Assembly (NCBI GenBank): GCA_951406725.2
Contig: OX597826.1
Span: forward strand, 43,586,001 to 43,650,000
Length of the DNA: 64,000 nt
Source of the DNA: Octopus vulgaris
Lineage: Eukaryota
Direction of reading: 5' to 3'
Shown here: in pieces, positions 55,876 through 64,000 of the stretch
How the letters are laid out: every line of letters begins with the position of its first letter
How positions within the stretch are numbered: position 1 is the stretch's first letter
The notes under the pieces: model-generated
Told to the model about the DNA's origin: nothing
What the model saw: only the letters and a program-made list of their open reading frames with translations
The model's database searches: none
Made by a program: the position numbers and the translations under genes

Positions 55876-56080
55876 AGTGGTAAAATGGCAAAATCGTTAG
55901 GACTTCGGGCAAATTGCTTAGCAGCATTTCGTCTGTCTTTACATTCTGAGCTCAAACGCCGCCGGGGCCGACCTTGCCTTTCCTCCTTTCGGTGTCAATG
56001 AAATAAGTCCTAGTTGAGCCATATAACCGACTTACTCCACGCCTACGAAATTGCAGGCTTTGTGCAAAATCTGAAACCAG
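55876..56080 (+). mobile_element. SINE family B, diverged
   Basis: GCATTTCGTCTGTCTTTACATTCTGAGCTCAAA...CCTTTCCTCCTTTCGG. Confidence 0.72.
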
Positions 56081-56301
56081 TATAAAAACCAGCTAGTTTC
56101 TGAAGCTGGCGTTGACGTTGACTATTTTCTTCCACTGAAAATTTATATCCTTTGCAAGATGAACAAAAATATCGAACCTCCGAGATATTTCGTGATTGAC
56201 AAAACTCATCATATTATACAACTCTATAATGGCGACAATGGAAAATTTCGTATTTTCATGATTTAGTATAAATTACTAATATATAGATATGTATATGTAT
56301 A

Positions 56302-56416
<115 letters not shown>

Positions 56417-56735
56417 CCCTTTATTTTGCGAGTATTATTCATTGCCCCGGAACTTCATGGACCTTAACATTTGATATTTTCTTAATCTGCTACTTCAAAC
56501 TTGTTATGGCTTAAGGAAGCGAATTTTTTTTTTCTCTTTGCAATGAATGTAGCAAATAAAAAGCTACCTTAATAACAGAAATATTTTATTATCGATAGGT
56601 CAAAAAGAAGAAAAAAAAAAAAGATGAATACCAAACAAGCAAAAACAGCAACAACAACAAAAAAGAAAAAAAGAAAATACATGTTAGATTTTTATCGATT
56701 CAATTGCTTGGTGTATTGTATTCTCGTCTGTATGT

Positions 56736-56848
<113 letters not shown>

Positions 56849-58403
56849 CATATATATATATTTATGTGTATGTATATATATATATATATATATATGTGCA
56901 TGTATGTATATATATATATATATATTTCTTCTTCATATTCCAATGATCTTCCTATTTTAAGATGAGAATCCAGAAGTTGACACTCAGCTCCTCAATTTTC
57001 TTTCTAGTCTTCCCGGAAGCATGCAATATTTTCATTTTAAGAATCACCCGTTTCCCCCATCTTTCCCCATCCACGCCTCCACCGCTTCACAAAATATATA
57101 TCTTTCCACTTATAAGTGATGGTTCGCAAGAGAAACTACATTGTTTAGGAAATATATCTCCCTCCTGGCAACGATAGAATAAAGAAACAGAAACATTGAT
57201 TTCGAACATAGATATCGATATACATGCACACTCATACACATATACGCATGCACACACAACACACACATACACAGACACACACATACATACACTGTCTCAC
57301 ATACATATACATAAGCATACAGTAGTGCGCGACGCATACAGATCGTACCATTGCATAAATACATAAATACGTGCACATGCACATCATTACAGAGGCGCAC
57401 TTAGACGTTCTCATACACACATATCTCATGTTATATCTCGTCTCATGTTAAGAATAACTATATATACGTACGTATATATATGTGTGTGTGTGTGTTTCTC
57501 TGTGCGTATATATGTCTATGTGTGTATTGACGAATGCGTATTGGAGAGGGTAGAGAGAAAATAGTGTATCAACTGCAATAAATAAGAAAGACGAACCAGC
57601 TTCCGTATATTGGCAGTAGGAGGGAGTAAAACCACAACTTCGTATGTACGTATCTTTATATGTGTTATCTCACTCACTTTTATAACTATCGCTCAATACA
57701 GCTGTCTCCATGGTGACTGAGATTTGATAACAAGTAATGCTTTTTTTTTTCTTGAAGTCTCATGGGACATATTTCCAGATGCGAGTTCAATATTTTCTTA
57801 TACGAATATATATAAAAGTAAAAAAAAAACATATATTAAAAAAGGAAAAGGATTTCTAACAACAAATATGTTAGAGAGATGGTAGAAATTGCTGCAGAAT
57901 AATACTACGTATTAAATATATTGCTGCGTAAAATGGCAATCCGAAAATACTGTTGCTAGCTGCTAGTCGATGGATTGGTGTTAGTTATTGTAGAAATATT
58001 CCTTGACATTTTTGTGAGGGCTGTTTGACAGATAGAGTACATAAAGTAGTGTGTATTTTGGCGAAGCATCATTCGTTTTCGTAATTTCTATATAAATCAC
58101 GAAGATTTTTTTTTTATTGGTAGCGGAACAGCTCTTCTTCAAGACAGTTTTCTTTAAGAGTAAAGTTTTAAACAATATCAATGCTTCGACTTCCCGCTTT
58201 TGCTTTCACTCATCAGTGCACATGAATATACACTTATTCAAATACACAGTTATTGCTAACATATATAAAAATATCAGTGCATCTATGCATTTAGAAGCTA
58301 GATGCTTCTATGCTGATATCTAACTTTGCCAAAAAGTCACATATTTACAGAGTATAGTCAAGCTCAATGCTTTACTGATATTTCTACTTTCCACAAGTAA
58401 CGT

Positions 58404-58711
58404 TTTGTTTTTGTTCCTTCTCGAGGCATGTTTGGCTCATAAGGGCCGGTTTCCCGGTTTCCTTGGCGTATAGGTTCCCCACCTGGACGGGACGCCGGTC
58501 CGTCGCAGGTGAGCTGCAAGATTCAGGAGGAAAGAGTGAGAGAAAGTTGTGGCGAAAGAGTCAGCAGAAGTTCGCCATTACCTTCTGCCGGAGCTGCGTG
58601 GAGCTTAGGTGTTTCGCTCATAAACATGCACATTGCCCGGTCTGAGATTCGAACCCACGATCTCTCGACCACGAGTCCGCTGCTCTAACCACTAGACCAT
58701 GTGCCTCCACA
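58404..58711 (-). mobile_element. SINE family C variant
   Basis: GGCTCATAAGGGCCGGTTTCCCGG...GATTCGAACCC...TAACCACTAGACCATGTGCCTCCAC; flanking AGTAACGT repeats. Confidence 0.8.
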
Positions 58712-58936
58712 CGAGTAACGTACCTTACACAGAATATATTTTCTTGTATCAGAAGTATCGTGTGTAATTTTAGCCAAGCCAAAACATTAGCTAATCAGAG
58801 GCTTGTTGCCTATGAGAGATGTTTTGAGTAGTTCCCTTAGCAACTCCCTGATATGTTACCTACAGCCATTTCTAAGTTGCATCGTTTCATTCTCTCTCTT
58901 TTAATAATTTAAGGGATTAGTTTTTATTTGCCGTAG

Positions 58937-59034
58937 CCTTGAAAGAATACCTTCCAGCTGTTTAGAACGCGTACGTCATCTACTTTTCTACTTAAGGCAG
59001 GCAGGACAGTTTGCTTACAAACATGAAAATATCC
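58937..59034 (+). CDS. Candidate 98-bp internal coding exon (LERIPSSCLERVRHLLFYLRQAGQFAYKHENI)
   Basis: TTTTTATTTGCCGTAG| ... |GTAAGT; one frame fully open and protein-like; no recognised homology. Confidence 0.3.
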
Positions 59035-59371
59035 GTAAGTCCAAATCTGTATTGCATCTTGCGTATGTGTATATGGGTATGTATGTATATCAATATCTAC
59101 GTTCGAAATAAATTGTTTCTGTTCGTTTATGTTGTTGTCATGAGGATAATACATTTGATGAAGTTTCTCTTGCGAACCATAACAAATGTACCTGGTTTTC
59201 TGACATGATACACCGTCTCTCGTTACACTTTTGCCCTAGTTACAGCATCGCTTCAGATAGAAGTGGCAGCAAACAATAGGTATGCAGCAATTGCCAGTTG
59301 TTGAGTTACTCAACAGTAACTTATCGGTATCGTCATTTCTTACTCTAAAGAGCAGAATATTAAACAAAACA

Positions 59372-59800
59372 TGGGAGTGACTGTGTGGTAAGTAATATGC
59401 GTAGGGGTGGTTGTGAGGTAAGTAGCTTGCTTACCAACCATATGGTTCCGGGTTCAGTCCCACTGCGTGGCACCTTGGGCAAGTGTCTTCTACTATAGCC
59501 TCGAGCCAACCAAAGCCTTGTGAGTGGATTTGGTAGACGGAAACTGAAAGAAGCCTGTCATATATATATATATATATATATATATGTACGTGTGTGTATA
59601 TGTTTGTCTCCTCAACATCGCTTGACAACCGATGTTGGTGTGTTTACGTCCCCGTAACTTAGCGGTTCTGAAAAAGAGACCGATAGAATAAGTACTAGAC
59701 TTAAAATCAATAAGTCCTGGGCTCGATTTGCTCGACTAAAAGTGGTGCTCCAGAATGGCCACTGTCAAATGACTGAAACAAGTAAAGGAGTAAAAGAGTA
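59372..59800 (+). mobile_element. SINE family A, full length with duplicated head start
   Basis: Near-consensus body and tail. Confidence 0.9.
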
Positions 59801-60439
59801 AACACAATCTCTGTAGAGGCTTTTAAAACAAACGATAAAAAACACCCATAACAATAAAACGTCTTTTGTAATTCCTAATTTGTATAAACAGACTTTAAAG
59901 TTTATATGTTATAAACTTGTCCTTGTTTATATATCATGTTTATTACAACGATATACAATTCAAACAGTGTAAATACTATTTTTTAATTGCAAAAATTAAC
60001 TTAAGGGTCTCTCTGGAGTGTGCATTTTTTTTTCTCACTCAGCGGTTTCTGGGCAATGATAGTGATAAATTAAACTGATTGTGAGATCTATATTCCCAAC
60101 ATACCAACCGTACGGAAGGTATGCTAGCTTCACAGCGAATCTGTATTGTTGTGACAAGGTCTTAAGTATTATATAATCACCAGGTCATTTGTTTATTTTA
60201 TCTAGATGTCAGATAAGATTATCGCAACTAAGTAACCCAGTACACATACACATTCATTCAGCCCTTTTGTGTCTTCGGTTCATCATAAATATAAGATTTC
60301 ACAATATGGAAGTTGTTATTTCTGTTTATTCCTATCTTGATCAACCAAATGAGCTATTTGAAAAGTGACCATCATGTTATTTAAGGACGGACACTACAAA
60401 AGCTACTGTTTCCATTCATTATTAAAGATGATATAAGAA

Positions 60440-60650
60440 GGCAGCTAGCTGGCAGAACCGTTAAAATGCCGGATAAAATGCTTAGCGGCATTTCATTCGT
60501 CTTTCTGTTGTAAATTCAAATTCCGCTGAGGACGATTTGACTTTCCTCCTTAAGGGGGAGATAAAATAAAGACCAGGCAGGTGTTAGGGTCGATGTAATC
60601 TACTTCACCCTTCCTCAAATGCTGCTGGCGTATCAAACTTTTAAACCATT
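60440..60650 (+). mobile_element. SINE family B, diverged
   Basis: GCTGGCAGAACCGTTA...AATGCTTAGCGGCATTTC...TTCAAATTCCGC. Confidence 0.72.
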
Positions 60651-60902
60651 ATTTAAGATGAGCTGATATTTGAGGGCGATTTGTCAGTTATTTCAAACGG
60701 GTTGGGCGACCCTGCAAGCATACAAAACAGGTAGCGTATAATATTCTATCCATATTTGAGCCTTCTATTCATGATTTATTATTTCCAGAGCCGATTAATC
60801 AAGAGGAAGGAGAAAGCGAAAGTAGAATAAACAAACTGTTGCATATGTATTTATGCATGCATGTATGCTTGTATGTATGTGTATATGTATGTATTTATGT
60901 AT

Positions 60903-61328
60903 GTCATTATCAATTTTATTTCAAAATTTCTTGCTAATAGAGAAAGAGTCGGTTTCTAACCAAGATCCAAGGTCTCCTTCATAGGAATTTCTCCATCAAC
61001 AACAGGGTATTTTTATTTGTATGTATATGTGCAGATTTGTAGGTTTTGTTTTGTGCATGTTTTCTCATGCATATAGTTGCATGCCTAGACATGCTCATAT
61101 ATATGTAAATGATAAATTTCTGGAAAGTTTTACAGATTTTTACAGTTTCAGTGATGACTTGGATCTGTAGTCTTCGAAACGGTTTTCTCCTTTCTGGTTT
61201 TGAGAAACCTAATTTCTCAAGATTGGCATTTAGGCAGTGTGTTATATAGCCCAGTGTCCCAGTAATTACAGGTATAAACCTGAACTTTACTCTGGATAGA
61301 GCAACTGCAGATTTCTCAGTAGTTCAGC
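60903..61328 (-). mobile_element. RLE-type (R4/Dong-like) non-LTR retrotransposon 3' end, copy 2
   Basis: LRNLQLLYPE*.FRFIPVITGTLG...LEKLGFSKPE; flanked on both sides by (TATG)n. Confidence 0.75.
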
Positions 61329-61399
61329 GTATGTATGTATGTATGTATGTATGTATGTATGTATGTATGTATGTATGTATGTATGTATGTATGTATGTA

Positions 61400-61623
61400 T
61401 GTGTGTGTGTCTGTGTTTGTCCCCCCAACATCGCTTGACAACCGATGCTGGTGTGTTTACGTCCCCGTAACTTAGCGGTTCGGCAAAAGAGACAGATCGA
61501 ATAAGTACTAGGCTTGCAAAGAATAAGTCCTGGGGTCGATATGCTCGACTAAAGGTAGTGCTCCAGCATGGCCACAGTCAAATGACTGAAACGAGTAAAA
61601 GAGTAAAAGAGAGAGTAAAAGAG
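61400..61623 (+). mobile_element. SINE family A 3' half
   Basis: GTTTGTCCCCCCAACATCGCTTGAC...GACTGAAACGAGTAAAAGAG. Confidence 0.9.
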
Positions 61624-62235
61624 GTTTGAAAAAAAAAATTACTAGAGTCGATTCATTTGAATAAAAAATTCTTCAAGGCGGTGCCCCAGCATGGCCGCCG
61701 TCTGATGTCTGAAACAAAATAAAAAACAAAAAAAGATAGAAGTTAATGAGATTTGATTCGAACGACCAGAGTCATGTAAGAAAAGAAGTAATGCTGATAT
61801 CTGTATTAGGTGCATGTACAACTCTCGTATAGATGTCTGCTTTGTAGAAGAAGGATTAATATCAGCGTTACGTTAATAATTGATTAAGGGTAGAATTAGT
61901 TGACCAAGTTACATAACTTTCCATTTCAGTGAAGCCATCAAACATCAATAAACGTAAATTCAAATGTTTTTTTTCTTTCGGATGAAATTAACTTCTTTAG
62001 AATCACTTCTTATATATTCACAGACAAAGCAGTGTGGTTAAGATTTGGCACACCTGAATGCGGGTTCAATCCCACTGCGCCTCATCTTGGACAAGTATCT
62101 TCTTGTATAGCCCTGAACTGGGAAAAGCCTTGTGAGTGGAATTGGTAGGCGGAAACTGTGTGGAAGCCAGTCATTTATCTCTTTCCTCCCCCTCTCTCTC
62201 TATATATACATATATATACATATAAGTATAAAAAT

Positions 62236-62490
62236 AAAATAAATGCGCCCTTTAAAAGCCTAGCCAGGCTCATGGGCCCGGTTTCCCGGCTCCTATGGCG
62301 TATGTGTTCACCCGCTGGACGGGACGCCAGTCCATCTCAGCGTTACTGAATTTTGCCAGCTGAGTGGACTGAAGCAACGTAAAATGAAGTGTTTTGCTCA
62401 AGAACATATCGCGTCGCCCGGGCCAGGAATCGAAACCACAATCTTACGATCATGGTGCCGACAACCTAACCACTAAGCCACGCGCCTCCA
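62236..62490 (-). mobile_element. SINE family C, full length
   Basis: Highly similar to 17781-18040. Confidence 0.9.
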
Positions 62491-62506
62491 GACATGTGTG
62501 TGTGTG

Positions 62507-62568
<62 letters not shown>

Positions 62569-63039
62569 GTGTGTGTGTGTGTGTGTTGTGTGTGTATATA
62601 TATATATACACACACACGTGTGTGTGAATGTGTGTACATTTATGCATCTTGTATATGTATGTATGTGTGTTTTTGTCGAACTGCAGCACTTGTCAACCAA
62701 TGCTGGTTTGTTTACATCTCTAAAACATAGCAGTTCATCTAAAGTGTCTGACAAAATTAGCGCCAAACTTCAAAAATAAGTAGTGGCGTCGATTTGTTCG
62801 ACTAAACTCTTCATGGCAGTGCCCCAGTATGACCACAGTCCAATGACCAAAACAAAAAAAAAGGTAATAGGGTAACTGATACTTTACCATTTCGTTGGAG
62901 CCCTAGCCACACGCTATTGATTGCCACAGTAGCTAACTCGGTCAGCTTGATCTAAAGTCAAGTGAGTGAAAACTTCTATTCTGTTTATCGGATTATTCAT
63001 GAACGGATGTACAGGCAAACACACATATTCTTGTGTGTG

Positions 63040-63348
63040 ATGTATGTATGTATGTATGTATGTATGTATGTATGTACGTATGTATGTATGTATGTATGTA
63101 TGTATGTATGTATGCATGTATGTATGTATGTATGCATGCATGTATGTATGTATGTATGTATGTATGTATGTATGTATGTATGTATGTATGTATGTATGTA
63201 TGTATGTATCTATCTATCTATCTATCTATCTATGCATGTATGTATGAATGCATGTATGTAAGTACTATGTACGTACGTATGTATATTTGTGTGTATAGAA
63301 ATATATATTTGTATACAGATCTATCTATCTATCTATCTATCTATCTAA

Positions 63349-63395
<47 letters not shown>

Positions 63396-63441
63396 ACTAT
63401 CTATCCATTCGCCTATCTATATACCGATTTCTTTCATTCTT

Positions 63442-63480
<39 letters not shown>
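63040..63480. repeat. Compound (TATG)n/(TATC)n/(CT)n microsatellite block
   Basis: Direct reading. Confidence 0.95.
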
Positions 63481-63600
63481 TTATATATATATATACTTTA
63501 TTTTAAGCACCAGATGCTGCTTAAAATAAAGCATATTACTCTACCACTGGTATTTGAGTACTCTTTTTTCCACCTTGTTTCACATTTATGTGTTTACTCC

Positions 63601-63638
<38 letters not shown>

Positions 63639-63789
63639 CGCACATACTCACACACAAACACTCACACACACACATATACACACACAAACACTCACACACA
63701 CGCACACATATGTATAAAGAGAGAGAGAAACGGAGAGAGAGAAAGAGAGTTAGAGATAAATAGAGAGACAAAGAGCGAGAGCGAGAGCA

Positions 63790-63824
<35 letters not shown>

Positions 63825-64000
63825 AAGAGAGCGGGCTATGTACGTAAACACACACATATATGATTTATTCAAATTTTCATATTCGTAAAGATCTTCACGT
63901 TCCCAATCAATAGACACACAAAACGGGTTTAAGGAGATGTTTGGGTCTCTGGTCGTAGTCATATTTTAAAATACTAAAGTTGTTCTTCTCTACAAACAAC

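Overview
AT-rich animal genomic DNA, most consistent with an octopod cephalopod (Octopus sp.), inferred from the tRNA-derived SINE families and the extreme (TA)n/(CA)n/(TATG)n/(GA)n microsatellite load. The window reads as intronic/intergenic: no confident host protein-coding gene, and nearly all track ORFs are microsatellite or SINE artefacts. Supported content: three tRNA-headed SINE families (dozens of copies, some nested or multimeric), a complete 300-bp non-autonomous Helitron, two Helitron RepHel relics, a mariner transposase pseudogene, a rearranged Tc1/mariner-like element, mariner and hAT MITEs, and RTE and R4/Dong-like LINE 3' ends. Most notable are an apparently intact type I hammerhead ribozyme (46851-46941) with several decayed cores, a TSD-flanked tRNA-head plus hammerhead composite retroelement (55213-55785), SINE trimers with a shared junction, several long foldback hairpins and a few candidate isolated exons. 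All calls were made by eye; family names are from recalled motifs, not database searches, and many boundaries are approximate.
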